A DNA stretch of 64,000 bases from Octopus vulgaris (lineage: Eukaryota): contig OX597816.1 in the NCBI GenBank assembly GCA_951406725.2, forward strand, positions 157,294,001 through 157,358,000, read 5' to 3'. This document shows positions 39,790 through 56,165 of the stretch, in pieces (position 1 is the first letter of the stretch; every line of letters begins with the position of its first letter). The position numbers and the translations under genes were made by a program. A model generated the notes under the pieces. The model saw only the letters and a program-made list of their open reading frames with translations, ran no database searches and had not been told where the DNA came from.

Positions 39790-40400
39790 ATAACCAGCAC
39801 TTCCTGCTGCTATTGACGGACGTTTTACATTTCTCTAGAATTTTCCATTTTATGCTGTTTTCGGTGGTGCTTTCCTCCAATGATCATACATACTTAGCAA
39901 GGGTCGTAGCGTTACGTATCTCCGGGATGTTGAAGGAGGGCTTGTGGTTGTTATCGCGGGTACTGTAGGAGACTTCAGTTACTCCTACCTACTTTCACAC
40001 GTTTGGTTGCCCATATGGTTCTATTGCTCTTACCTCTGCCTCGTACATGACAGACTCCGCGTTACAGAGGACATGTGCTAACCTTACATGAACATCATGC
40101 CGCTATCTCTAGTGTGGGCAACTTACTAAAATCTTTTTCAAATTGGATGCACAGCTAAAGGAAATTTTCACTGTATGCTTGTTAAATATTTTGCTGAACG
40201 TATTTGTACGAGAGAAGTACTTGTCTACTAAGCTAAGAAAAATCTTACCTACTTGTGTTTCAAGATTTAAAGAGAAGGGCGCTGAAAACCACAACATTTT
40301 ACGGTTGAGTTTTCTCTCGGGTGGGTTAGGGTCTGGTGTGTAACTAATTCTATCCTTGAAACACTCATTGTAGTCTCATTGTAGTACAAGGCGGCAGCAT
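39790..40400 (-). mobile_element. Penelope-like (Neptune-type) remnant
   Basis: WFSAPFSLNLETQVGKIFLSLVDKYF...KIFNKHTVKISFSC matches the WFNPPFS...IGK.FL.L.DKHF...KIFNRNTVKVSYSC linker. Confidence 0.75.
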
Positions 40401-40444
40401 CAAAAGTCTCTTTGCTTGAATGTATATATAAATATGCAATGTTA

Positions 40445-43982
<3,538 letters not shown>

Positions 43983-46048
43983 GAGCAAGCACACCAAAAG
44001 TGGTGAGAAGTCTCGGCTCGAAAGAATGCTAATGGAAACTGAGAAAAGTCTACATCAGTCCCATGAAAAGGAGAGAGCAGATAAAGAAGCTTGGGTAATA
44101 GAAAATATAAAATCAAACCCTAAAGCTTTCTTTAAGTTTGCCAAAGAGACAGCCACAGTGCACCAGAGAATAGGACCTCTCTTCCAAAAAGATGGCTCTC
44201 TCACAGGAAATCCCACGAGGATAAGTGAAATACTGAACGAACAGTTCCAAAGTGTATTCACTACACCTCTAGGACACAGGCAAGTAAACAACCCAGAAGA
44301 ATTCTTTGCCACTTTACCAGCGGCCAAAGAGACAAAAATTGAGTACATCAACATCGAAGAAGATGATATCACACTAGCCATTGATGAGATTGACACAAAC
44401 TCAGCTGCTGGACCTGATGGATTCCCAGCGATCCTTCTCAAATCGTGCAAACGAGCCCTTGCAAAACCGCTACAGCTTCTTTTTCAGAGCTTTCTTGCAA
44501 GTGGTAAGCTCCCAGTCAAACTGAAAGAGGGGGTAATATGCCCTATCCATAAGGGAGGTAGCAGAGCAGATGCTAAAAATTATAGGCCTATCTCTCTGAC
44601 CTCACACATCAGCAAAGTCATGGAACGAATAGTCCGTAAGAAACTAATCATGTTCCTTGAAGAAAATGACTTACTGTCTGACACCCAGCATGGATTTCGA
44701 CCAGGTAGAGGCTGCCTAACACAGCTCCTGCAACACTATGACTGGGTGTTGAAACAGCTACTAAATGGCTCAAATGTGGATGTAATATATCTTGACTTTG
44801 CAAAAGCCTTTGATAAAGTCGACCATGGTATGATCTGTCACAAACTGCGTGGTCTCGGCATAGGCGGGAAACTTGGAGAGTGGCTGCACAACTTCCTAAA
44901 AGACAGAAAACAGGCAGTTGTGAGCAATGGAGCCACCTCCAGGGAAACGCAAATAACAAGCGGTGTCCCACAGGGCACTGTCTTGGGGCCACTGATGTTC
45001 ATAGTGGCCCTTTCAGACATGCCTTCAGTTGCTACGATGACCACCCTTGCTAGCTATGCAGATGACACAAAGGTCTCCCACGCAATACAGAACCCTGAAA
45101 ATATTGCGCATCTGCAACATGAGCTGGACACAATATACAGGTGGGCTGAGGACAACAACATGCAGTTTAATGCAGGTAAGTTCCAGGCCCTGCGCTACTG
45201 GCACACAAAGGTAAATGACGTGAAGACTGGATACACTGGCCCAGGAAGAATTGCAATCCCTGAGTCAAAATCAGTGCGTGACCTGGGCATTGACATGAGC
45301 AATGATGCATCTTTCCAAATGCATATTGCTAATCTGGTGATAAAATGCAGACGGCTAGCTGGATGGATTCTCCGAACTTTCAGAACAAGAGAGAAGGAGA
45401 CACTGATGGTCCTATGGAAAACATTTGTCCTCAGCCGCTTGGACTACTGCTCCCAACTTTGGTCACCACACAATATAAAACAAACAGCAGAACTCGAAGC
45501 AACTCAGAGAAGCTACACAAAGAAAATCGTCTCAATGCAAAATGTCAGCTACTGGGAAAGACTGAAGGTATTAAACCTCTTCTCCCTGGAGCGGAGGCGG
45601 GAGAGATATGCAGTAATATACATCTGGAAAATCCTGGAGGGTCTTGTCCCAAACTTTGGCATTCAAAGTTACTCCAACCGCAGAACGGGGCGCCGCTGCG
45701 TGGTGCCAAGGATTCCAACATCACCATCAAAATACAGGTCCAGATACTGCAACAGCTTGGGTTTCAGAGGACCACAGCTTTTCAACATCCTCCCTAAATG
45801 CCTGAGAGACTTACATGGTGTGGATGTGGGTTTCTTTAAAACTAAACTGGATCTCTTCTTGTTGGGAGTCCCAGATGAACCTACCTCACGACAGGAGACA
45901 CGGATGCGGGCAGCAGCATCGAACTCCCTTGTTGATCAAGTGCCACGTATCAGAGGTGGATTCACAAACTAGTGTGGCTCATTCAGCGGTGGTGCCCCAG
46001 CATGGCCGCGGCCTTCGGGCTAAAACATTTTTAAGGATTTAAGGATTT
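43983..46048 (+). mobile_element. 5'-truncated CR1/L2-group LINE, uninterrupted RT frame to 45972, (TTTAAGGA)2 tail
   Basis: Same motifs as 41366-43550, clearly a sister subfamily; followed by (TA)n 46049-46290. Confidence 0.95.
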
Positions 46049-46070
46049 ATATATATACATATATATATAC

Positions 46071-46105
<35 letters not shown>

Positions 46106-46106
46106 C

Positions 46107-46281
<175 letters not shown>

Positions 46282-46596
46282 TATATACATTTCCACACAT
46301 AAGGTATTCACGCACACACATTATTTCAAAGCCTTCAATTTTCTTTATCGTCCCGTTGTCATTCTTGCGCGCCCGTACAGGCCATCTGCATCATCAAAAA
46401 GCATCAATGGCGTCACACATTTTGTCATTTTCCCAGTAACGCTTCCCGAGATCAGTTTTCACCATCTCATCCTGTGTCACCAGACCATCCATCCCTTTTC
46501 CTATTTATTACGTACTTCTTTCATTACTGTCTTATTTCTTCCATACTACATTTGAGTCCTTTTCTATTTAGTTTCTCACACGCTAATTCTCCTCAC

Positions 46597-46653
<57 letters not shown>

Positions 46654-47564
46654 TTCTCTTCTCATTACCCGTCTCTCTTTTTCTCTGTAGTTTGCACTGG
46701 ACATTTTTGAGAACCCTAAATACACTACATGATGATAAACAATACTCTGGTGCTCCTACTGGGTTACGATATAACTCATGTTCATTCCGTAAACATGAGA
46801 ACTATAATACCTTGTGTGGATTGTACTTTTTTTATGTGTCAAGATAAGGAAATACAAAATAATTTCACACTGATAAAAGCTTTATTGAAGATCATTGATA
46901 ATTATAAACGTATTATAAAACTGATTTAAAAATTATAAAAAATTGTTCATTGGCAATAATACATAGAGACTTTACTGTATAAAAAATTTGATAATGTAGA
47001 GTATCAGGCAATTTGCAAATAAATGAATTATAAGTAAAAATGAAACCTCAAGTTGAAAAGAAATAACATAGTAAAAGAACGATTACAACTTCAAAATTTA
47101 ATTGCCTTTTAGCCTGATATAGCTACAATCATATAATCTCACAACTTACAGGTCACCAAAGAGTCTAGGAAGGTTTATAATCTGTCATTAAATACACATT
47201 AAACTGAGAAGTGGGATTTTGTCAGTAAAATTAATTAATAATCATAACTTTTTCAGTTGATATGAATCATTTGAGAGGGAATATTTCTGGGAAAATTAAT
47301 CTTTTTATTTAGATATTTAGAACATATATGATTAATGTAAGTATTTTAAAAGTATAAATTTAATATGTTTAAACGTGGCATATAAATCTTTAGAGAACAA
47401 ATAAGGATAATAAAAATAAGGAAGCAACAAATGAGACTCGAGAGTTAGTCACATGGTTAGAATTTGCAAAATTTAATTGTGGAATTAAGCAATTAATGAA
47501 ATCAATTTAAATCAAATTAATCATTAGTAATTAACATTGTAGCAAACATCTTGTATTTAACATG

Positions 47565-47720
47565 TTATATTTCCTCTTCAATCCAATCTTTCATATCATA
47601 TACTTCAAAAGCTACTGAAGGATGTAAATCATTAGCATAACATGAAGTGTGTTGACCAATACCATACACCGTCCACTTGCCATGTTCATTGGGGCATGTT
47701 ACATAACTTCCTTCAAGAAA
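47565..47720 (-). CDS. Terminal coding exon of a trypsin-like (S1) serine protease homolog
   Basis: Acceptor ttttatttttcatag; FLEGSYVTCPNEHGKWTVYGIGQHTSCYANDLHPSVAFEVYDMKDWIEEEI* aligns to GDSGGPLVC...W.L.GI....C.....P.V...V....DWI. Not in the ORF track. Confidence 0.85.
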   Translation of the reverse strand, partial: FLEGSYVTCPNEHGKWTVYGIGQHTSCYANDLHPSVAFEVYDMKDWIEEEI

Positions 47721-48798
47721 CTATGAAAAATAAAATGTAAGAATACTCAGATATTACTGAAATATTTTGGAATTTTATTATGTATGTATCACATTATTAG
47801 AAGTCTAATAAAAGGATATCAGATAATTGTCACAAAATCAATATTCAAACACAATTATCCGTAAATATAAAAGCGAAATCTTTTTCCCTAAAATGACAAA
47901 ACTGTAAATGTCAATGGCAGTGTACCTTCAAATTTTACTTCAATAATGATAGAAACTGTAAAAGGATTCATAATTGAATCTGTAGTATATATAGCTAATG
48001 TTCCCTCATATCTTTATTAATTTCATTCTTATTAATGTTCAAAATCTATTATGAATTGTAAATTTGACGATGATATGGTTATCCAAGATGTGTTTTCACA
48101 CTAATGTACAATAACAGAGATAGGGATAGATTTGCAAATGTAAAAAGAAACTAAAACCTAATGGACTATAGATATGTAATGACCTGCTTCAAAATTAGTA
48201 TATATATATATATATATATGTTCCAATAAAATGTCATTTAAGCATAAGTGATTGCTAATATCATTTCTCTTGACTCCCATTTTCAACATATTATGATGCC
48301 TAGTGTAATTAAATGAAAACACTTTGCTGCGCCCCTTAGCAGAAATAGTCCTTTTCTTGACTTAGCAGAAATAGTCCTTTCCTTGACTTTTGAAAAGATT
48401 GTCGGTTTGTTAGTGCTGAATCAGGTATATCGGATATTTTCGAAAATATAGTATAAAAAGACTTTCTTAAAAAGCATTTATTAAACTCTCTTCACACATT
48501 GTCAACTTATAAATGTATACAGTTAGAAGTAGAAAGTTTAATGGGGAAAGAAATTAGAATCTTTGACTAGAATTTCATTGACATTCTATCTCCTGTACTC
48601 ATTTATAGATGACGTGATACAGCTTTCTGCAGTCCCTTGAAATAAGTCTTATTTGATGTTCGTTTTCAGTAATAAAACTCAGTTTCTTCCTATTACTAAT
48701 ATATATATATATATATAATAATAAATATTAGGGAATAAATCCAAATTTACAGGGAAAAATCAGATTTAGGATTGAATCCAATTTTATAATAAAATATA

Positions 48799-49002
48799 AT
48801 ATAATATTAATTAGAGACAAAACCACTATTATGCAAATCAAACAAAGAAAGACTTAATCCAATACATAAAAATTTTATATAAATTAAATATAATTAAGAT
48901 ATCTTAATTATATTTAATTTATATAAAATTTTTATGTATTGGATTAAGTCTTTCTTTGTTTGATTTGCATAATAGTGGTTTTGTCTCTAATTAATATTAT
49001 AT
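48799..49002. repeat. Perfect 204-bp spacerless palindrome
   Basis: Checked block by block; centre between 48900 and 48901. Confidence 0.95.
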
Positions 49003-49745
49003 ATATATAAATGTTTGTCTCAACATGCTATGCTTTTAGATACAAATTCATAACTACGATGGTGTTTATATTCAGTCTTGTGTTCACAATGTCGTAGCAG
49101 ATGTAGAAAAATAAACAGATGCTGAGTTGCTATAAGTTGCTTCAATCAAACAGTGATGTTATGAACTATTAAATTCTCTTTTGTGCTTTTATACTTCTAA
49201 TATCTATCAATGTTACTTTAAATTTGAAAGCAGCAAAACATTTTCCAAGTTGTTTTAAAATACTAAATGTTTAATCTATTAACTGAATGCGACAGAATAT
49301 ATCTATTTAAACCACAATCATAAAATCATAGGGGACTTGGTAACTTCGTACTGTAACCGATTTTACATTTCAGGAAATTACAACCAACCAACTCACCAAT
49401 TTGAAATGCCACTCTAATTTGATTTTAACAGCAGTTTAGAGAACATTGCTGGCGATTTTGGTACCAATATTATTAATGAAATATTGACGTCCTTCGTTTT
49501 CAAAGTAAATGTTTTATAACTATTTTTCCATATAAGAGTGGATTATACACATTTTTCCCTTGATATCTTTACATATCTTTGAACCATGCATGTATGAGAC
49601 ATAACACACTTTGGATTTCTGTTGGCTGCTTCTTCTGAATTTTCCAGTTATTTTCCTTTCAATAATATCTTTCATTACAGATTCCTCACAAATTTTCACT
49701 CTGTCTGCATCATCAATTCCCATCATTACATATACAAACCAGTGT

Positions 49746-50052
49746 GTGGAGGCACATGGCCTAGTGGTTAGAGTAGCAGACTCGCGGTCGAGGGATCGCG
49801 GGTTCGAATCTCAGACTGGGCGATGAGTGTGTTTATGAGCGAAACACCTAAGCTCCTCGCGGCTGTGGCAGAAGGTAATGGCGAACTTCTGCTGACTCTT
49901 TCGCCACAACTTTCTCTCACTCTTTCCTCCTGCATCTTGCAGCTCACTTGCGACGGACCAGCGTCCCATCCAGGTGGGGAACCTATACGTCAAGGAAACC
50001 GGGAAACCGGCCCTTATGAGCCGGGCATGGCTCGAGAAGGAACAAACAAAAA
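49746..50052 (+). mobile_element. Full-length tRNA-derived SINE family B with 12-bp target-site duplication
   Basis: A-box tggcctagtgg, B-box ggttcgaatct; acaaaccagtgt repeated at 49734-49745 and 50053-50064; AAAC tail. Confidence 0.92.
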
Positions 50053-50254
50053 ACAAACCAGTGTAGACTTTTCTAGAAATTACATGGTAATGCCTTTCAT
50101 ATCAAGTCAATATCGGTTCATATTGCTTTCTTCCAGATCAGCCTAAATCAATCACACTTGAGATAAAATGAATTCCAATTTTTCAGATATTATATCTAAA
50201 AGTATCCATTCCGTAATTCTTAAGTAGTAAGTTATTAATCGAGGGTGATTGCTA

Positions 50255-51930
50255 ATTCTAGCAAGGGAGACCTCTGTACTTATCTTTTGTTGACTTGGAG
50301 AAAGCCTTTGACAAGGTCTCCTCATCCCTTATCTGGGTGGTCAATGCGGATACTGGTCATAGACGAGTGGTTGGTAAGAGCTGTACAGGGATGCTGTTAG
50401 TAAAGTGAGGGTTGACAACGAATATAGTGAAAAATACCGGGTAGAACTAGGGGTTCACCAAGGATCAGTTCTCAGCCTCCTCATATTCAACGTAGTCCTC
50501 TAGGCAATAACAGAGGAATTAAAGACATGCTCCCCCTGGGAGCTCCTCTATGCTGATCACCTTGCTCTAATAGCCGAGTCACTACCAGAAATATAGATGA
50601 AGTTTAGGGTGTGGAAGCAAGGTCTAGAAGCTAAGGACCTTAATGTTAACCTAGAAAAAACTAAAGTCTTAGTAAGTAGGAACGCTAACAAATCACACAC
50701 CTTTTCAGGTAGATGGCCCTGCTCGATCTGTAGAAAAGGCGTGGGTAGAAATTCTATAATATTTACCCGGTATAAGCTATGGACACATAAAAGGTGCAGC
50801 AATATCAAAGGTAGGTTAACCAGGAAGATTGTTTTTGTGTGTGGCAGATGCATAGGAGCAATAAACTCTGAAGATGTATAGAAAACATATTCCACCACAT
50901 ACTATAGGAAAAAACTAGAAGTAGTTGATAGCTTTCGCTACTTAGCCGACCAAGTCTGTGGTAGAGGTAGTTGTTCTGAGAGGGTAGCGGCTAGAATAAG
51001 AATAGTCTGGGTAAAATTCAGGAAGCTCCTACCTCTACTGACAACTAAGAGCCTCTCGCTGTATGATGCATGTGTGTGAACTCTCATGCTACACGGCAGT
51101 GAAGCATAAGCCATGACTGCTGAGGACATGCGTAGGCTTGAAAGAAATGAAGCTAGTAGGAACCGCTGGATGTGTAATATCAGTGTGCATACACGATAGA
51201 GTTTGAGCGCCCTGAGAGAAAAGTTGGACATTTTCATCAAATGTGGTGTGCAAGAGAAACGTGTGCTGGCATGGTCATGTGTTATGTATGGATGAGGACA
51301 GCTGTGTGAAGAAGTGTCAAACCCTAACTCTAGAAGGAGCCTGTGGAAGAGGAAGAGCCAGGAAGGCATGGGACGAGGTGGTGAAGCATGACCTTTGAAC
51401 TTTGGGGCTCGCAGAAGCAATGACGAAAGACCGAGATATGCTGTGATTGAAAAGACCCGGCAATTAAAGAGAGATCGCAGCTATGGCCGATGCCAGTGTT
51501 GCATGTCCGGCCCATTTAAAAGTATCCTTAATGAGTCAGGCGATACGATATGCTTGAGAAGACCTATTGAGTCAAGTAAAACCAAAATTGTAGCTGTGGT
51601 CAGTGCCCCACTGATTGGCTTCCGTGCCGGTGGCACGTAAAATGCTCCACCCGAATGTGACCGATGCAAGTACCCCTTGAATGGCTCCCGTACCGGTGGC
51701 ACGTAAAATGTACTATATAAACGTGATCATGCCAAGGCCGCATGACTGGCTCCCTTTTACGTGCCGGTGGCACCCACTATACTCTCTGAATGTTTGGCGA
51801 TAGGAAGGGCATAAATCTGTAGAAAAATCGCCAGATCAGATTGGAGCCTGGTGCAGCCGCTGGATTTCTAGACCTGTGTCAATCCGTCCAACGCGTGCCA
51901 GCATGGAAAACGAACGTTAAATGATGATGA
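50255..51930 (+). mobile_element. Decayed RTE-clade LINE (RT, Cys-rich insert, 3' UTR with (ATG)n tail)
   Basis: FVDLEKAFD, GVHQGSVLS, WELLYADHL, VNLEKTKVL, WPCSICRKGVGRNSI...WTHKRCS...FVCGRC; many stops. Confidence 0.88.
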
Positions 51931-52438
51931 GGATAAGAAGGATCGGAGTTTTCTTCTTTCCTCATGTAACCACATGATATCGCAGGTGCTTTTTATCAGT
52001 TAAACGTTGCAAGTAAAATATGATATATTGACAATATCATATTCAACTTATTCCGCTTCATTCACCTTAGATAAGTTGCACTCATTTTCCATTTTCCTGC
52101 AATATACTTACATTTAAAATATGCTTCATACATGCTATTTCTCTTCCCTTGAAGCTTATGAAAGGATCTGTAAACCGTTGCTTATTTTACAAGAAATAGT
52201 AACCTAATTTCGTTTACCAAATGCAAATAAGAGAGATTTAGAATATTATAGACCCGTATATATTAAAGCGTACAAAATGACGATATGTTCGCTGCGTGAA
52301 TGCATCCGAGCAAGTCGCTTTATTTTGTATTTATCTGCTAAACTATAACACTTGTGCATTTTAACAACAGAACAATTTGTTTTAGAAATAATTGAATTTT
52401 TTAATACAAACTGAGTAAATGAACAGAAAATAACTTAC

Positions 52439-52572
52439 AGTACAGTGTGGTGGCTCGTCGTGTTTGTCGTTGAAACAGAATGTATTGTTTCCACTACTTG
52501 GATTATGCTTCTTGCAGAATGCAGGTTCTGTTTTTTCAACCTTTAATTCTTCTAAGCGTGTTGATACATGCC
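52439..52572 (-). CDS. Penultimate coding exon of the S1 protease homolog
   Basis: ag|GG...ACT|gtaagt, phase 1 to phase 0; HVSTRLEELKVEKTEPAFCKKHNPSSGNNTFCFNDKHDEPPHCT carries the C168, C182 and C191 equivalents and joins in frame to 47720. Confidence 0.85.
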
Positions 52573-52842
52573 CTAATTTCAAAATTAAAGAAAATTAGAA
52601 GACGAAACAGTTAATACAACAGGCATGTATAATAACATTTTAAATTTGATGAATCTAATTATTTCGAACAAAACCTTGGAATATAATTATCAGTTTGTTC
52701 TCATTCTTAGCTTATATTTGTGCAAATATACCAAATCTTGTGTTAAGCACATCAGCTGCATGTAAAAGTAAATTAACAATGGAAATAGAATGTTTAGGTA
52801 CTAAGTCGTTATAACTTATGTACATAGTTTATCATATTGATT

Positions 52843-53010
52843 TCAAAATTTTGACTCAAGTCCGGCAATATCGGAGGAGGGACGTAGGGATTCCGAAGGG
52901 TTGAAAAGAAAGGTATTTCGCGATGGAATTTGAATTCAGAACAAAGGACAGACGAAATGAGGCTAAGCATTCTGCCCGGCGAGCTAACGACTCTGTCAGC
53001 TCAGCGCCTT
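52843..53010 (-). mobile_element. Degenerate SINE family A
   Basis: ggaatttgaattcagaac...gacgaaat...gctaagcattctgcccggcgagctaacg. Confidence 0.7.
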
Positions 53011-53024
53011 TACATTATATAATA

Positions 53025-55463
53025 CTAGCAGCATAGCCCGGCGTTGCCCGGGTATGTAAGAAACTTTGTCGATAAGCAAAGCCCCTTACCTTTTTACCCT
53101 TTTTTGTGCTCATTGAACCGTTATTTTGTAAAATGAAGCATAAAAGGCATTAAGGTATTCAAGGCACCGTTCCCTTGCATGCATGAAGAAAATCTATGAC
53201 AGTCAAAGTGCATTTTCTGGTTTTGTTTAGCACACCCAACCCAGTTCTGCGGGATCAGTGTCGCGACGGGAGCGCATGGGTTGGGAGTTTGACAAGCAGA
53301 GGTGATAAGGTTGCACATGCCGGCCCTTTTGACACCCCACCCGAACCCAAGTTGGGTTCAGACCACAGCTAAGCCCTACCTAATCCTAACTTAAGTCTAG
53401 CGAAAGGGGGCTCAGGAGCCTCTAGTAGGCAACGACTAATCCCGATCTAGTCCTTTCCCTCTAGGGAATGAAAGCGCATGTGTAGGTTGCAACGTCTTCT
53501 CTTCACTTCAATACTTCTGTGTATATGACGTTCCTAGCTGTCCCTTTGGACGAAAACATGAAACAGCTTGGCGAGCTCTCCTCTGTTGTGGTGTTTCGGC
53601 AGATCGAGCCGTGACTGTGTTTGCGGCGTCAGCAGCTTGGTGAGCTCTCTTCTGTTGAGGTGTTTCGGCAGATCGGGCCATGGCTGTGTTTGCGGCGTTA
53701 GCAGCTTGGCGAGTTCTCCTCTGATGTGGGGTTTCGACAGATCGTGAATGGCCCTTTGTTTGGGTTCTCGCGAGCTCTGCGGATTGAAGCACAGGAAGAA
53801 GCCCGCATGTTTTGGCTGGACTGTTGCTCTTTCGTCAACCTCGAGCGGAGCGAAGATCTATACGCTACGGCACTTGCAAGTCGGGTAGAACGGTCGCTAG
53901 TGGTTTCAGATGCCCGAGCAGCGGCAGAACGGGAAGCTTTTTGCGAGAGGCGCAAGGCGGTTTCCTCGTGGGTCTCGCGTGCCCTTCTAGCCCTAGCAGC
54001 CGATGCCTTGGCCGTCCGAGGGCTGAGGAGGGTCCTTCTCTTCTTGGGTGGCATTTTGGTGGATAGCAATGTGTTTGACAAAGGTGTAATAAAAAGGAAC
54101 ACGTGGGTAAGTATCCCAAAATCTATAAAAATGTACAAAAACAGGAAAAAAGCGGGCAGCAATGTCAGTGACAACAACGAAAAAGCGAAAAGTGACCAAA
54201 CTGAATGGAAAAGGTTTTTTGGTGCACACGACAAAAGCGGCTTATAATAAACCAAGAGTTTGCAAGTAGCGTCCGAGGACCCTTAGGGTACGTCAAAAAT
54301 TTAAGGTAAAACGTTTGGGGTGGTAGTTATAAAGAAAGTTTAAACAAAAAAGTATTCGAATAACTTGTGGCTGCAGCAGCGATTAGCAGAAGTAGGCCAA
54401 CGTGTGAAGCGAGCATGTGTGAACCGAGAGAAAGAAGTGGGAGTCACAAACTATACGCGCACAACTGAGTGTGTCAGTGCATGTGATTGACCAAAGGGTG
54501 TTTAATTGAGAGCATTGTTCACCGTTTGGGGAGCCAATGGGATGAGCTGCAATCATCGTGTCTAGGGACACGCGCGCACACAACCGCAAAAGCATCTACA
54601 GCCCAACATTGCTCGGATCTGAAGCAAAAGGAAAACATATGCCATTTCTTGTAACCTTTATGATAAAAGCGGCAAAAATCGACTAAATCGCCCGAAATCC
54701 GCCAACTATTTAACAAAAGTCAGTTTTGTTGGGTTCGCATGGTCGGTCTCAAAGTGATACGGTTTTGTCGATTTCTCCCAATACTTGTTAACTGCATTGA
54801 CAAAAGGTCGTTAGTTTGACATTTAATGCAAACTTGATGTCCAACATCGGTGCAGGGAAAATCTATGTGAACGTTCAGAAAATATCGCAGAAAAATCGGT
54901 TTGCTATATGTGCCACATATGATGTAATTAACCGATTTTTTCCAGTAATAACGTATCCTATTGGAATCAAAAGGGCCATATAGCTCCTTGGAGCAGACAT
55001 GATGCTCGCTGTGAATTTCAAAAAAAAATTCCTGCCAATTTGTTAAAGATATTGTCGAAAATATGTCATCTTGAATTTGAACGCGATTTCCCAAAATGGC
55101 ATGATTTTATCGATTTTTTCTGATGATAAGGTATTGTATGGAAAACTAACGTCAGAATTAAGTTCTTTAGGGTAACATTAAGCTTCACCATGAGTTTGGT
55201 GAAAATCGATTGCAAGTTGCGAAAACTACGATGGAAAATGTGTTGCATATGATAAGCTTAGATTCTCGACCTCATGTCGAATTTATCGATTTTTTTCAGA
55301 ACTGGGAGAACTTTTCAAAATTTTCGCTGCGTTAGTTTTGAATTTTGACATTGGGCTATGTGTGTGTCAAGTTTCATCAGAATCGGTTGAAAGCCGTGGT
55401 CAGGGTGAGGGTACAACCTGACAGACACACAGACAGACAAACTGCCTTTTATATATAGAGAGA
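53025..55463 (-). mobile_element. Internally deleted Helitron retaining the start of a RepHel-like ORF
   Basis: A|TCTCTCTATATATAAAA start, hairpin cccgg(g)caacgccggg, CTAG|T end; ATG at 54054 gives MPPKKRR...RARETHEETALRL and 23-aa ARSAETPQQRRARQAADAANTVT repeats. Confidence 0.85.
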
Positions 55464-55905
55464 TATATTATTTATTTATATGCTTCCTATATATATGTAT
55501 TTTTTCTTTTTATATATATCTATATATTTATAAATTTCTTTATATTTTTATGTATTTATTATTCTAGATGTTGTAATGTTAAAAAAATAATTTTTTTTAG
55601 TCGTTAAATTATTAATCATTAACTTTTAACCGCGATGGACAGTATTCACGCATTTCTTATATTTTTCTTATATGCTTGTATTGATGAGTTGTATTTCATC
55701 TTCCGTGATTTTATGCATGTATATTCTATATGAAAGAAAAAGCATTATGTGATTAAATGTTCGAGATATGAAATGTTACGTAGATGACCTTATATTTGTT
55801 TGTTCTGCAACCATAGTTTAATATATTTGTCTCATTTAATTGAGTACTTCTATAGCAGTCCTATTAAACATTTTGTTCCGAATAAGAAACAATCACTTTA
55901 TTATT

Positions 55906-55942
<37 letters not shown>

Positions 55943-56008
55943 CAAAAAGAGATAACTAAGGCTGTGAAGAGTTTTCAGGACATTTATAAGTTAAGAGATA
56001 TAGATATA

Positions 56009-56056
56009 CTCTTACAGCTGTTTCTGGGATATTACGGGTATCCCTTAATCAGAGAG
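56009..56056 (-). ncRNA. Hammerhead motif (one core mutation) in a probable Penelope terminal repeat (about 55940-56165)
   Basis: CUCU-CUGAUUA-A-GGGAUA(CCCGUAA)UAUCCC-A-GAA-ACAGCUGU-A-AGAG; palindromic stem III. Confidence 0.65.
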
Positions 56057-56165
56057 GATGTGAAATGGTTAAATAGAGTTAAATATCTGAGTTCGAAATA
56101 AGAAATTATTGTGGAAAAGGAGGGAATAGGGAATATAGAGGGAAATAAGAGAATGAAAGCAGAAA

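Noticed and set aside
49520-49726. Extra exon of the protease homolog
   Set aside because: No trypsin similarity; the flanking exons already join in frame; it weakly resembles a decayed RTE C-terminus.
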